Positions 30,480 to 45,801 are shown, numbered from the stretch's first letter. The stretch: DNA of 64,000 bases from Eledone cirrhosa (GCA_964016885.1 OZ024749.1:40796001-40860000), one strand, 5' to 3'. Program-made: numbers and translations. Notes: generated from the letters alone by a model not told the origin.

Positions 30480-30930
30480 GTGGGTGAAAAGATGGGAAAA
30501 AAATAAGGCAGAATATGATAAAATTAGAGCTTAGTTTAAAGTTTAGTGTAGAAAGTCAGTCCATAGTGTTTCAGGTTATAGCCTTCATTAGAAACGGAAA
30601 TGGGAAAAAATGAAAGTTAGGAGAGAGTTTTCAACAAAGACAAAGTCTACATAGCTATGAGCTGTGACTTTCAATTTCATCTAAAGATGTATTGATACTC
30701 ATCCATTGTCTATGAAGCTTAAGGAATGAAGGGTTGGAGGGGGGGGGGTTATATTGATGAATTACAAACTCGGATGTAAGGAGTAGAGGAGTGAGATGAG
30801 AGGGCAAGCATAACTGTTGAATCTTCCTTCCTATCACTATTTTGGTGGGGTGTCTGGACTCACAGATGTATCTTTACAGTTGTATACATTTGCAGGAGAA
30901 GAGCATTCTGTAACTTAACGGTTCGACAAA
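30480..30930 (-). mobile_element. Highly decayed PLE-like fragment
   Basis: Minus strand SCKCIQL*RYICESRH resembles CxxC..YIGET; downstream decayed hammerhead CTAATGA-AGGC(tata)ACCT-GAAAC at ~30568-30592. Confidence 0.35.
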
Positions 30931-31157
30931 TTGAAGTTGATATGATCAACTAAATCCCTACAAGGTAGTGCCCCAGCCTGGCTGCAGTCTACTGATTGAA
31001 ACCAGCAAGAGAATTAAAGAACATACCTTTTGTGTATATTCTAAATATACATTCATATGTAACATACAGATATATATATATTTATGTATATATGCACACA
31101 CACACACATGTAATATGTAGTGTGCTTTTTCAAAAATATACATTTATATTTAATGTG

Positions 31158-31216
<59 letters not shown>

Positions 31217-32895
31217 ATGAGGGTCTTTCATTAGGACTGTACTCTATATATATAGTACTCTGCACCCTAAAATGCATCAAGTACTCCTCTGATTTGCAGT
31301 CTTCTGTCTTCAAACTGTGGACACTTCATATCCAAATGTAGCCGCCATTTTCACAAACTAAAACCTCTCTAAATTCACAGACAAAATGATTTTTGGTGCT
31401 AAATTCTTTTTCTTTTTCTGTTCTTTTGCTGGGTTTTTTTTTTTTTTTCCTTTCTTTCTTTAAATTCTTTGTTTGAAAATATTTTCGTCCTTCACCTCCA
31501 TCCATTGTGCCCACATGGCAATTGCCAGAATCAATGTGTTTGTCTTTTCTCTTTGCATTCATCATCAAAAGTGATGTTATTTGTTTATGGTCAACATAAA
31601 CAGAAATCCCACTGCTCAGTAGTTAGACATATAAAGATATAATGCTTTATTTAACCCTTTTGATACCAACCCAGCTCTAGTTCTATGAAACATCATCATC
31701 TTGGGTCATCCCTCCATCAAAGGTGAAGCATTCATTTTGCTTTTTCTAATGAAACATCTTAAAGGGTTCTTATTTATATCTAAATCTCCTAATGTAATTT
31801 TATATAAGAATATGTTTAATTACCATTTTGTTAATGAAATAGTTAATAATTTTAGTAAATCCCTCAAAATTCTTCATTGAATTACAATGTTTTTCAATAG
31901 GAATATAGTCATGAAAAGGTTTCTAAAAAATAAGTGATAATTGGTATCAGGAGGAGCATCCATCTGTAGAATTCGCTCACCAAACTCATGTTAATATGAG
32001 GTGGTGCTATTAAGTTATTGGCCTGGGCCAATACTGGCCAAAACCTGTCAAAGTTATCAAAGTTAACATGGAAAAATGGATATAAAACCTGACAATATTG
32101 GCTCCGAAGAGTTGGTAGATTATCAGATAAAATGCTATGTTGTATTTATTGTGGCTCTTTGTATGTTCAAATATGGCCAAATCAAATTTGACTTTCATCT
32201 TTCTGAGAGTGGAGGTGTGGTGGGTTAAAATAAAGTACCAGTCAAATACTGGGGTTAATGAAATCAACTTCCCCCTTCCTCTCAAAATTTCTAGCCTTGT
32301 GTCAATGTTAGGAGGTAAAGTACCAGTAATGCACTGAGATAATTGCTGGCTTGTGCCAAAAGTAGAAACAATTATTATTATCATTATTATAGTACTTAAC
32401 TGGTACTTTATTTCATCCGGCATCAATAAAATAAAGTACCAGTCAAGTACTGGGTTGATTTAATTGACTTTTTCCATCCTCTCGAATTACTGGCCTTGAG
32501 CCAAAATTAGAAACCATAGTTACGTCCCTTTACGATCTGAGTTCAAATCCCGCCGAGGTTGACTTTGCCTTTCATCCTTACGGGGTCGATAAAATAAAGT
32601 ACCAGTAATGCACTGGGTAATTGCTGGCCTTGTGCCTAAAGTAGAAACAATTATTATTATTATCATTATGTTGTTATTGTTGTTGTTGAAACAGGTGTCA
32701 GAGCAAGAGGAGGTTGTATAAACAGATGGGTAAATGACCAAGTAGGGCTTGTTTCAACCATCTATTGAGATTACTTCACCTTTGTCACATTGTATCCTAC
32801 AATCCATTGCTCATCCTTTGTGTGTCAGGGGAATGAAGATTAAACTTAGTGCCTCATTATGGCAAATGGTAGTGTTTTCAGTGAGCTGAAAAAGG

Positions 32896-32941
<46 letters not shown>

Positions 32942-34479
32942 GCATATACGTGTATATATATATATATATATAAAAGCATACACATACACACAATGTGTGT
33001 ATAAAAAACACCAACAAGAAACAATACTATTGAAACTGTGATTACATTAGCAACATCTTCATCATTTTGATTGGGTGAAAGGGGTGAACAATAATAATGT
33101 TTACCACCTCTCTCCTTTCTCTCTCATTTGGAATTTTATATGGTGCTTTCCTATTTCTGCCTGGCTATAATTCCCCATATTTAACCTGTAAAACATTACA
33201 GGAAGTTTAATAAAAATGACCCTCCTGAAAAAAAAAAAACAATCACACACCCCTTCTCTCATCCTCCTCTTCTCAGAGAGAATAGTTTAAAACATAGAAT
33301 ATAAGTGATTATCTTTGTAGTAAGTAGGTAGACCAAGTCTGTTAAAACTTGGTGTTATGTTTATAGATAAAAGTATTCCTTCAGTAATACTAGAATGCTC
33401 CGTACCATCAAAGTGACAGCTATTTCAATGATATTTTTTCTTTCTCTCTCTTAATTCTATATATATCCTCAAAGGAAGGTGTGTGGCCCAGTTGGTAGAT
33501 CTGAGGTTACGGGGTTGATTACTGGGCCAGGGGCCAGATGGCATGCTGTGTGCTTGAGCAGCTTGCTTCATTTTACATTACTCCAGTTAATTTTGGGGAA
33601 AAAATGAGTACCAGCTGCACTGGCATCCTGTCTTGGGAATGGGGAATTGTGTACTTAGTCATTTAATGCCAGTGAAACTGGGGGAGAGCAATAAAACCAA
33701 GTACCAGTCATCTACTGGGGTCAATTTAATTGACTATCTCTCCTAGATGTGTGGCCTCGTGTCAGTCTTAAAAATGAGTTATTGTTCTTCTATGAGTTTG
33801 GTAAGTGTTGGTGAGGTGTCATTCTGTGTTGATACAGGGATCACCTCTTCATTACCATGTCTAATGAAAGACACTACCATGAGTTTCAAATCAACTTGAA
33901 AATAATCAAAAACTTGGATGGATTTAGTAATAAAACTTATCAAATGTTCTTACATAAAATTATGATGGAAGATTTTTTTTTTTTAGGTAAATATAAACAC
34001 TTCAAAATAAATAGCTTTATATTGTAAGACCAGGGGCAGTTTCAGGTGGTTTGGTATCGAAAGGGTTAAATAATAATTTAACCCAGTAGTTTTGGGTATC
34101 ACCACCATTTCTGCTGTGTTTGGCACTCCTATTCAACCTTGGTCAACTACTAATACTAATGGTTTATACATTTCCCTTGGATAGGGATGATATGTGGTTT
34201 ATAAAAATTGAAAAAAAATCTATAATAAAAAATATTAATAATACTAAAATGCAATGTTTATAAAGAAACTAACAAAATCTTGAAGATTTCACTTGCATTA
34301 AATTTCCTGGATTTCTAGAATTTGGAAGGGTTTTTATTTTATGTATTGTTTTTTTCTTTTTTGAAAAATGTTTGTTCCCTCTAGTTTTAAAATTCTATTT
34401 TAGTGTAAAAACCATTTTAATACATTGTAGTCACATTATCATATGTAATTTATTTTTATCCAGGATTGGGACCATTATT

Positions 34480-36400
34480 ATTGCTATCATTAAGTATTGG
34501 GGTTGATTTAATCAACTTTCTCTTCCTCATAAATTGCTGGCCTTGTGCCAAAAGTAAATTATTATTATTATTATTATGATAGATTGTCAGGATTTATATA
34601 ACATTGGACAAACTGTCTTACAGCATTTAGTCCAAGGTCTTTGCATTCTGAATTCAAATCTCATTGAGGTCTCAAATTTGTCTACTTCATCCTTTTTGGG
34701 GGAGTTGATGAACCAGTTATGTTCTTGGGTTGCTTGATATAATCAACTTTCTCCTCTCCTCCTAAAATCTGAGGGTTCAATAAAATACAGTACCAGTCAA
34801 ATACTGGAGGGGTCAATATAATCAACTTTCCCTTCCTCTCTCCTCCCTAAATTGCTGGCCTTGTGCCTAAAATTGGAAGCCATCATTATTATTATTTGAA
34901 TTTTTATTTCAACCCTTTTTTTTTTTCTTTTTGCATACCTTCTTTAGTTTTAAATATCACTTTTAAAAGGAAAGGGGAGGAAAAATTAATTTTTGTGGGT
35001 TTTGCAGTTTTGCGGGGGAAGTTTTTTTTTGTTTTTTTTTTTCCTTTTCCAGTAAAAAAAAAAAAAATGAATCAAACAAGAGAATATTTCAAAAATTTAA
35101 AAAAAAAAAAATGTATCGGACTTTCTCCAAAAATTTGTGGGGGGAAAAAAACAGTTTAAAAACAAACTAAAACCAAACTAAAAAACATTTTTACAAATGT
35201 GATTTCCAAGATATGCCCACCCACCCTCATTGGATTGGTGTGTCGGCTGTCTAAAAAAAAAAATATGTATCGCTGCCATTTGATACAGAAAGCAAGAACA
35301 GTGTTGGAATAATAATAATAATAACTTTTTTTGTGTGTATGTTGGTGTTTCAAATCTATGGTTAGAATTAGTTTCTGCATGTGTGTGTATATGTATGTGT
35401 CCTTATGTGTGTAAAGCAGTATTAATTGCAAAGTGTATTAAACAGAGCGGCGTGAATGCTCAGTTATTACTATTATTATTTGAATTATTAGAGCGTCTGA
35501 CCAAGTGCTTTGAGGCATGGAGTTATGGCTCTTTACATTCTGAGTTCAAATCCCACCAAGGTCAACTTTGCCTTTCATTCTTCTGGGACGATGTAATTGA
35601 GTTTCCCCACTTCCCCAAAAATTGCTGGCCTTGTGCCTATATAAGAGACCATTATTATTATGGATTGGCAGAATTGTTAGTGTTGGACAAAATGCTTCAT
35701 GGTGTTTCCAGCTCTTGACATTCTGAGTTCAAATCTCACCAAGACCACCAACTTTACTTTTCATCCTGGTCTTGTGTCTAAATTCGAAGCTGAGGTGGTG
35801 AATAGGCAGAATTGTTAAAACATCGGAGAAAATACTTTGGGGTATTTAGTTACATCCCCTTACATTCTAAGATCAAATCCCGCCAAGGTCAATTTTGCTT
35901 ATTTTCAACTTACACCTTCATCCTCAAAAAAAAAAAACAAAAAAAAAACACCATCCTCAAAAAAAAAAAAAAAAAATTGTTAGATTAACAGAAGTATGAG
36001 AGCCTCAGACAAATGCTTCAGGTTCTGGGTTGAAATCTGGCCGAGGTCAATTTTGCCTTTCAGCCTTTCAAGGTTGATAAAATGAAGTACCAGTTAATTA
36101 CTGAGGTCGATTTAATCAACTTTCCCCTCCACCTCAAAATTTCTGGCCTTGTGCCTAAATTAGAAATCAATCATCGTTATTATTATTATGCATCTTATAG
36201 AAGGCGGTGGATTGGCAGTATCGGTAGAGGGTCGGATGTCATGCTTTGCAGCAAAGAGTTACGGCCCTTTATGGTCTGAGTTCAAATCCTGCTGAGGTTA
36301 ACTTTGCCTTTCATCCTTACGGGGGTCGATAAAATAAAGTACCAGTAATACACTGGGATAATTGCTGGCTTTGTGCCAAAAGTAGAAACAATTATTATGC
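34480..36400 (+). mobile_element. Head-to-tail cluster of second-family SINEs
   Basis: Repeated GAGTTCAAATC..GTCAACTTTGCC..GCTGGCCTTGTGCC motifs on +. Confidence 0.7.
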
Positions 36401-36827
36401 ATCTTAGGTCTATTCATGGTTGTTTTCCCTTTAAAAGCTTCCTTCAAGAGTCTGTTGTCGTCAAACAATTTCCAGGATACATTGTTACCAAAATGGAGAT
36501 ATTTTATCTGAGGTTTGCTGGAATTTGGAAGTTTGTTGTTGTTTTTTTATTTTATTTTTTATATTTTCATTTTTTTTTTTTCCTCTTTTTAAAAAATGTT
36601 TGTCTTATTTTTCGTTAACCTTTAGCACGCTAGAAATTTTTATGAATTGCTTCCCTTGACATTGCATTATGTATTAAGCGTAGATTACTCCATCGGCGAC
36701 TTAATGTGCCCAGAGCATCCAGAAGGTTAAACACCAGACAACTTACACATTTTTTTTTTGGATTGTTGACATCTACATACTTTGGGGGGCCTTTGTTTTG
36801 TTTTTGTTTTTTTATTGTTTTTACTTG

Positions 36828-36858
<31 letters not shown>

Positions 36859-39800
36859 CACACACACATATATATATGTATATACACTGTATATGAGTCC
36901 TTAATTCAGTGCATGCTTAGTGTATTTATCAGAGAAACCCTTAAAACAAGAATATATATATACACATGCACTTATATATATATATATATACCTAAGTCTT
37001 TGGTCTGCTCTACTCATTTTTGTTAGTGTTGTTGTAAAGTAGAGCTGAATTCTGCAGTCTGTATCAGTAGACTGTATAGCTATATCAAGGATACACTCCA
37101 TCTGACCAATGCCAATATGGGATAATGGGCATAAAACATTGATGACTCCCAATGGTAGGTGAGGTGGTTCATTATAATGTAACATGAGGACCGAAGATAG
37201 GGGTTCGAACTGTTACAGGATCTGTTTAACCCTGGGGCGGAATGGTAGAGATATTTTGGTACTATTGGCATTGTTAATATATTTTGTGGCAACTTGGTAG
37301 ATTCATTAGAACGTTGAGTGAAGGCACATGACCTAGTGGTTAGGGTGTTAGACTTACAACCATAATATCATAGGTTGGATTCCTTGACCAGTTGGGACAA
37401 AATAACATGCAGTATTTGTTCTGAGTTTAAATCTCACCGAGGTCAACTTTGCCTTGCATCCTTTCAGGGGTCAATAAAATAATGTACCAGTCCAGAGTAG
37501 TAGATTGTGGGAATTGTCAGAGCATCAGGTGAGATGTTTTGTATTTGGTCTGGCCTTGAATGGTCTGAGTTCAATTCCTGCTGTAGCCTTACTTGAGTGG
37601 AAAACTTAAATCCATTGTCTAGTTTAACAACATTTAGCAGAGTCCACACTGTTGCAATCATTTGAACAAGGTCACCTTTCTGCCTCACTCTCACCGGTCT
37701 TTGAAAAGGGTCATGGGTGCTGATACCGGAGTCCATTATGTTGCAAGCACTTGGAACAGGTCACCAGTTTGAGGATACCTTGCTCTCAAAAATCTTAGAG
37801 GCCCTAACTGAATATTAAAAAGACAATGACAATTTTTCTATTTTATTGGTCAATGGCTATCAGGAATAGTTCCTGAAGGTGGCTGGTTTGAGGAGGAAGG
37901 ATTTGCAGAAAGAATGAATTCATGAATTGGGTGGGTGAGAGAATGTTAGAGAATGAATCTGCAGATCTTGGTTTCAGCATTGTGAAACCAATGTAAGCAT
38001 ATTTCATAGCTTAAATGTCTGATTTAGTTGGGTGGATGTAGTGTGGTGTGGTATGGTATAAGGTGGAAATAGTATTGTATAGAATTATCACATCTGGTAT
38101 AAGGTGAAGGTAGTATTGCGCAAAATTATCACATCTAGTATAAGGTGGAGGTATTATCTGCAGTAGTAGTCATTAGGGTCTGGTTATTTTCTCTGACTCA
38201 CTGCACTTTGAGTTCAAATCCTATCAAGATCAACTTTGCCTTTCATTTTATTTTTTTAGGTGCTAAGTACCAATCCAAGTGCAGTGGATTGGTGTGGTTG
38301 TTAAAAAGTCATAAATAAAATTATGGAAGGTTTTTAGATAGATATAAAAACCCTTTTGTTGCCATTTTTTTAATAATCAAGATTTTCTCATTATTTAGCT
38401 GGTATTTGGAATATAATTTAGTTTCTTATGTAAAATTATGGTAGATTTTTTTAGATAAATATATACATTTAAAATAAACAGCTTAGAACCATAAAACTAG
38501 AGGTAGTTTGGTATGAAAAGGGTTAAGGAAGAAATAAGTTTATATTCAGTTACCATTAACTGTCTTCCACACATTACATACATTTTTATTTATTTACTAA
38601 CATAGATTGGCAGAGTAGGTAGAGCATCAAATGTTGTGTCGTATTTGTTCCACTTCTCCATGTTCTGAGGTCAATCTTGCAGGGTTGATAAAATAAAGTA
38701 CCAGTCGAGAACTGGGGGGGGGGGTCTGTTAATTAGACTTTCACCTCTCACCTCCCCAAATTGCTGGCCTAGTGCCTAAATTAAGAACCATTTATTTACA
38801 TATACATACTTGACCTCTGACATTTTAACAAACATTCTTCACCCCCACCCCACCCTAATTTGAACATTAAAAAAAAAAAAAAAAGGAAAATTTGCTGGTT
38901 CATATCTATTTTCTCTGCTAGCATGGGTGAGGGATGTTTGTTTATTGTTTATATTTCTAACACTTAACTGTAATGTAGAAGTGGTACCTATATGCCAGCC
39001 AAGCTGACTGATTTTATCTTTAGCAAGCAGAGTTATTTGTTTGGTACAGAAGAATATCATGTCCATAACTGTAGATAGCAACTTGATTGCATGCATACAT
39101 ATCTGTACATCGATATGTGTTACTGTGTTTATGCACATGGATATATGTATTTATGTATGTAAATCATTGTTTTACGTCTATTTTCCATGTTTGCATGGGT
39201 TAGATGGGTTGTCACATTCTGAGACCAGACAGTTCAGGTGACTACTCATACGTTCCATATTTGGCGTGGTTTCTATGGCTCAATGCCCTTCCTATCACCA
39301 ACCACTTTACATTGAGTTGGGATAATTTTTCATGACACTAGCGCTATATGTGTGTGTGTGTGTGTATATATATGTATATATATATATCATTTCCTGTCTA
39401 GATGGAATGAAAGCTCTCTGAGATCCAAGCTTTTGAGACTGTGCTTGCGACATCAATAACGTTGTTTATAAAATACCTTCCTGCTCTCTCATTTTGGCAA
39501 TGTTGACTACAAAAGAAGTCACATATTCTCTGCCCTTTCCAATTTAACTAAACTTTAGCATGTGTGCAAATATATGCTAATATCTGGCTTAGAAGGATGC
39601 CAGAGCTAGATTCCATGACCTTCTTGGCCAACAAAACATTTTTCTTCAGATTATCCAGGGTCACTTTGAAAACAGCAAGTTTGTTTGATTTACTTTCTGT
39701 TAATGTCGACTCAGTAACAGATATATATATACACATATATGTTTATATATACATATGTATATATAATGTGTGTTTTTTGTTTTGTTTTTTCACAGCAAAA

Positions 39801-40321
39801 CCACTAACCCTATACCCAACTTCCAATATGGAGGACCCATCCTTCAATTTGCAGGACCTGTTAACCCTACACTCAAGCTCCAGTATTGAAGACTTATGAA
39901 TGTATTTTTAGCAGATTTTAAGGTCCCCTGCCCACAAACAAATAGTAGGTGCTGTGTTTTAGTATCTGTTAGGGAGAGTGTAAGTCCTATACCTACATGG
40001 GGTTGAGAAGGAAATGGCTAATTTCTCATGTAATCAATACAAACCCCACTGCACCACAACTAGTTATTTTATAAATGGCAGAGATGGATCTAAGTTCAAA
40101 TCCCACCCAGAATTTTCAATTTTGATTCTCAAATATTTTTCTGGGTCAAATATATATATACTAGCATAGTAACCATAAAAAATGAAGAGTTTTAAAGTAA
40201 AAATATTTAATTTAATTTTTTTATTACAGTAACATTTTAAGAAAAGATGCTTGAATTCTCGATTTTCCTTGACTCCTCTTTGGTCACTCCAGCCATAACT
40301 GTATTTTCATTTTACTTAGAC

Positions 40322-40745
40322 TTAGAAGCTCTTGTGTCTTGAGATGCATGAGGCAACCAAAGTGCTCCAATGACCTAGATCAGTTGCATCTATCAATGCA
40401 TCGCTCCAACTTCTGTTGACAGGTTTCAGGTCACTGTGAGTTGTCTGCCACCAGTTCATCTTGGGATAACCTCTTTGCCTCTCTCCATAGTAGTACCAAT
40501 ACAGGACTTGATTAGCATGAGAGTTGTGTGACATGTCCCGACCAACCAAGTTGATGTTTGCACATGATGTTGGACACACATTGGTGGGTTCGTTGACAAA
40601 CATCTTTGTTGGTGATGAAGTTATCCTACCTGATGCCAAGGATTTGGTGTCAGAAGCATCTTATTGGTTCTCTTGGCTGATCTTTATACTACACATTTTG
40701 CTAATGTCTCCAAAATCTCGAATCCTGTCTGCAAAATCCCTTACA
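40322..40745 (-). mobile_element. Decayed RTE LINE 3' fragment
   Basis: RQRGYPKMNWWQTTHSDL...ATDLGHWSTLV resembles RTE C-terminal R.RGRP...W and DR..WR motifs; frameshifted. Confidence 0.6.
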
Positions 40746-42160
40746 TATATTGGATACTAGAACATACGAACAACGTACTAATCATCCAAACTGGCTCAAG
40801 TCATCAAAGAAATGAAGGCCTACAATCTAAACATATTTCATTTTACATCCATTTAAATCAATTACAATAATTTTCTTCCATGTTTTCCTTAACTATTATG
40901 GAATAAATCCTGATAACTTAGTTCTATCTATCCATCTATCTTTGGACTGCTATTGGAATTTGGCATTGTTGTTGTTATTGTTCTTGCCCAATAATAGATA
41001 CATTGGTAAATATAAATAGATAACTATAGACAGACAGATGATTTTATTAACCAAAGATATATAGCAGCAGCTTAACCACTGATCTGCTTGTCAACACCAT
41101 AAAAGAGAAGGGTGAGATATCAAATTATCATTTCTCAAACAAATTTAGCACAAAGTAGTTTTCATTTGATCCTTGCATTTTATTATAAAGATATATATAT
41201 ATATATATATAAGTACAAGTAATTTTATGAGGAGGAAGTGGAGAGAGTCACCTTAACTGTTGTTTCTGTCTCTCACCATCACTTGTAACCATGCCTTCTT
41301 TAAACTGAGAAAGGCTGGGAAACTCTCACCTCTATCTCCTTCGTACACTGGAGTAAATGCTACATCTTATGCTGTTGTTTCATCTCCTGCCATCACTTCT
41401 AACCATGCCCTCTCTAGACTGGGGTAGCAAGGGGAGGAACTAACTCTACATCTTGTACTGTTGTTATGTCACTTCTAACCACACCCTTTTTACACTGGGG
41501 TAGCAAAGGGAGGAACTAACTCTATATCTTGTGCTGTTGTTACATCTCCCACTACACCTCTACACTGGAGGAGTGAGGAGAGAAGCCACCTATACACTTA
41601 GTGTTGTTTCATCTAACCAGGCCCTCTTTACATTCAGGGCATTGTTCTAATGTTAGGAGAAGAAAAAACGAAACCCCTCTGTATTTTGGGTTGCCTCATC
41701 TCCTTCCTCTTTACATTAAAGGGTGCATGGTTGGTGGGGAGGAGGCTCATAAAACACACCCCTTAACTTCTTGTGTTCTCTCTCATCCCCTCCAGGGTCA
41801 GATTAAGCTTGCCTTGTATGGAAGCTCCTGGATGAAAATATATCACATTCATCTAGGTAAAATATATTATTTTCTTTATAGTACCCAAAAAAATAACTGA
41901 GCCTTTGGCTACAACCCAGACATACCCCTCTCCATCTCCGCTCAATCAGCTATTGTCCCTCCCTGCCCCCATTCAATCAACCATTGCTCCTTATCACCCC
42001 CATTCAATCTAACACTGTTCCCCTCCCTCTCTCTCCCCTTATCTACCTTTCAATATTTCAACATTTCTTCCTAAACTTAGTTGGTAGATTTGTAATAATA
42101 AAAGCAACAGTAGTGTTTGATGTTGATGTTGTTGTTATTGTTGTTACATATACATATACA

Positions 42161-42197
<37 letters not shown>

Positions 42198-44042
42198 CTA
42201 TATCTATATCTATATATCTGCTTTCTGACCAATGTATATAGGAGTAGGCAGGAAGAGTGGCTAGTGTTTTTGTCTGTGGCTTTCTCCATCCCTTAAATCT
42301 GGCACCTTTTTCACAAAAAAAAAAAACGGCAACCATGAATCATTCAGTTTTCGTTTTTAGGGGTTTGTGGTTTTTTTTTTATTTTTGGGGGGTTTCTCTT
42401 ATATATATATGTGTGTGTGTATGTATGTGAGTGTGTGTGTAGATATATATGCCTATATGTATGTATGCATGTATGTGTGAATTTATAGGTATACATATAT
42501 GTGTACACATTTGTACATGTATATATGTACACATACATATACACAATTATATATATATATACACAAACATATATACACATACATATATATATGTGCGTGT
42601 GTGTGTGATTTTATTCTTCCCTATTTTTTAAACCTTCTTGTGCCTAAAAGTTAGTTTCCAATGATTGGAAAATATAAAAAAATCAATATAAATCAATAAT
42701 TCAATAATATATATATATATATATAAGTATATACTTTAGAAGAGAGAGAAAAAAAAAAGCATTAAAAAAAGTAAAATTTCCAAAAAAAAAAATTATAATA
42801 CAGAAAATATCCAATTTTTTTTTTTAAGGTCTGGCCATTGCTTATCTTATTGAACTGGTTCTGCCATTTATATTACAATTCTTGTGGATTTCTTTAAAGT
42901 AAAAAAAAAAAAAAAGGAAAAAAAATATATTTAAAAAAAATAAATAAAACAAAAAAAGAATATTCAAAAAAATATTGATAATATTAAAAAAAAAACTAAC
43001 ATTGACAAAACATTTAAAAAAGATACCGGCAAAAAAACAAAGAATACATGGGAAGGGAGGGATAGGTGAATCAGCAGCGGTGGGGTGGATGTGAAGTGTG
43101 AGTATGAATGCAGTGTGGGATTGGTTTGGGTTGGGTTGGAATAAGAGAGAGAGAGAAAGAAAAGCACAAAAGATTTTTTTTTTTATATAAAAACACAGAG
43201 TGAAGCATCTAGGCTGGAGTTTGAACCAGAAGCAATGACTTTGAAGAATGAGTGGAGCATTGTAAGAGAGAAAGCATGAATATTAATAAAGACATTAAAA
43301 AAAAACACAAACCAAACATGAAGAAAGCAGCAGAGTGAGTGTTGAATCCAGAAGAAAGACTTCAAAGAGAAACAAAAACTGGAATATGTGTGAATGGTTG
43401 GATTGGATGGTGAGACTGTTTGCAAGAGAAAGCAAGAAATATAAGTAAAATACTAATAATAATAATAAAAAATAATAAAGACGTTGATAAACAAACAAAC
43501 TTTTCTTCACTGCCATGTTTAAATTATTCCTATGATTTCATTGACTTGAGATTAATAAAAATTAATGATTATTAATTGACACACTTCGTTTCCTCTGTAT
43601 GTATAAATATATATGTGTGTTTTCATGTCTCTTAGTCATAGACTTAGGTTCTTCAGTGCCTTTCAGCGTATTGAGCCGTACGTATTTGTCAATGGTCGAC
43701 ATCAGTGGTGGCTTTTTATTCATACCAAATTATGTTAGCTGCCATTGTTTTGGTGCTCAGAATCTGGCTCATCAGAACGCCAAAATCCTTTCAGCTTTAC
43801 TTGAGGTCCATCAAGAATGGAGTTTCCTATGCCTTCATCTTTATGCTGATCATTCAAGGTTTTCCTTACTATTTCTTTAGCATTTGGAAAGTGTACAGCA
43901 GTGCATATACTCCGGAGTAACCAAACCAACCTGCGTACTTCGTCGAGTGCTCCAATCTGCATATTGAGGTGTTGGTATACAACAACATATACTCAAAATA
44001 TACAGATATTATATATAGATATATATAATATACATATGTATG

Positions 44043-44074
<32 letters not shown>

Positions 44075-44945
44075 ATATAGATATATATAATATACATATG
44101 TATATATTTATATATATAATATAGATATATATAATATAGATATATATAATATACATATATATATAATATAGATATATATAATATACATATATATGTATAT
44201 TTATATATATAATATAGATATATATATAATATAGATATATATAATTTATATATATAATATAGATATATATATAATATAGATATATATAATATACATATAT
44301 TTATATATATATATAAATATATGTATATTTATATATATAAATATATATATTTATATATATAAATATATATATTTATATATATAAATATATATATTTATAT
44401 ATATAAATATATATATTTATATATATAAATATATTTATATATATATTTAAATATATATATTTATATATATATATAAATATATACATATAAATATATTTAT
44501 ATATATATATAAATATATACATATAAATATATTTATATATATATATAAATATACATATAAATATATATTTATATATAAATATATATTTATATATATATAT
44601 AAATATACATATAAATATATATATATAAATATACATATAAATATTTATATATATATATATTTTTATATATATATATTTATATATATATATTTATATATAT
44701 ATATATTTATATATAAATATATATAAATATATATATATTTATATATATATATTTATATTTATATATATATATATTTATTTATATATATATATATTTATTT
44801 ATATATATATATTATTTATATATTTATATATATATTTATATTTATTTATATTTTTATATATATATATATTTACATTTATATATTATATATTTATATATAT
44901 ATATATTTATATTTATATGTTATATATTTATATATATATATATAT

Positions 44946-45750
44946 AGACCAGGTACCTCCGTAAAAACACTTATTAGCAAGACATACCCTTTTCAAAGAC
45001 CCCCCTGTATAGATAAGAAATGTATAACCTGTAAATTAAGCCCCCATATTAACTGTAAAACTAGAAATGTAGTATATAGCATAAGATGTACTGAAGGACA
45101 ATGTAGAGACAAAAATATAGTGTACATAGGTGAGACAGCTCGTAGTGTAGGGGGACGGATAAATGAACACTGGCGAGACCTTCAAGATAGTAAAGAATCA
45201 TCTGTACTCTACCAACATGCTAAAATAGAACATAAGGGTAAATTAGAGAACATAGAAATAAAAATAGAATCTACACACAGAAAAGACACAATGTTTAGAC
45301 AAATCAGAGAGGCAATAAACATAAAAGAATTATAACCAAAATTAAATAGAAAATATGAGTGGAACAGCAACATCACAACTTACAACTAAGGACAAAATGA
45401 AAACACACACGCACATAGAACAAACAATCAACCTGTAACATGTAAATAAACAAATATAAACACACACAGACACCCGGATGTGGCGCATGCACAGACTGAG
45501 CACACAACACACACACAAACAAAATGGCGTAGGACAGAACAAAGGAGAGGCACAAAAACAAAGAAAAGAATCCCCAGTCACTGAAGAGGTCACAGAATGT
45601 GTGACGAAAGAACTTTGACAATATATAAACAACCATCTGGTTGTGGAACCAACCGGAAATTTATAATAAATTGTGAAAGCAACTGGTGCGTGTGTTTCTT
45701 ATTGGCAACATGACCCTCCCAAAGTATATAATAACTTGTGTGTTACACCT
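44946..45750 (+). mobile_element. Penelope-like retroelement 3' end (Cys-rich linker + GIY-YIG endonuclease + pLTR)
   Basis: Frame from 44946: ...PPCIDKKCITCKLSPHINCKTRNVVYSIRC...VYIGETARSVGGRINEH...QHAKIEH...RQIREAINIKEL*PKLNRKYEW; one in-frame stop at 45333; hammerhead-like motif in the trailer. Confidence 0.88.
45577..45619 (+). ncRNA. Minimal type I hammerhead ribozyme motif in PLE pLTR
   Basis: GTCA-CTGAAGA-G-GTCACA(gaatg)TGTGAC-GAAA-GAAC-TT-TGAC: 4-bp stem I, 6-bp stem II, minimal stem III. Confidence 0.65.
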
Positions 45751-45759
45751 CTATATATT

Positions 45760-45790
<31 letters not shown>

Positions 45791-45801
45791 ATATCTATAA
45801 A

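Noticed and set aside
43735-43962. 75-aa minus-strand ORF followed by AATAAA
   Set aside because: No recognisable family or splice sites; bounded by (TA)n, probably a TE fragment.
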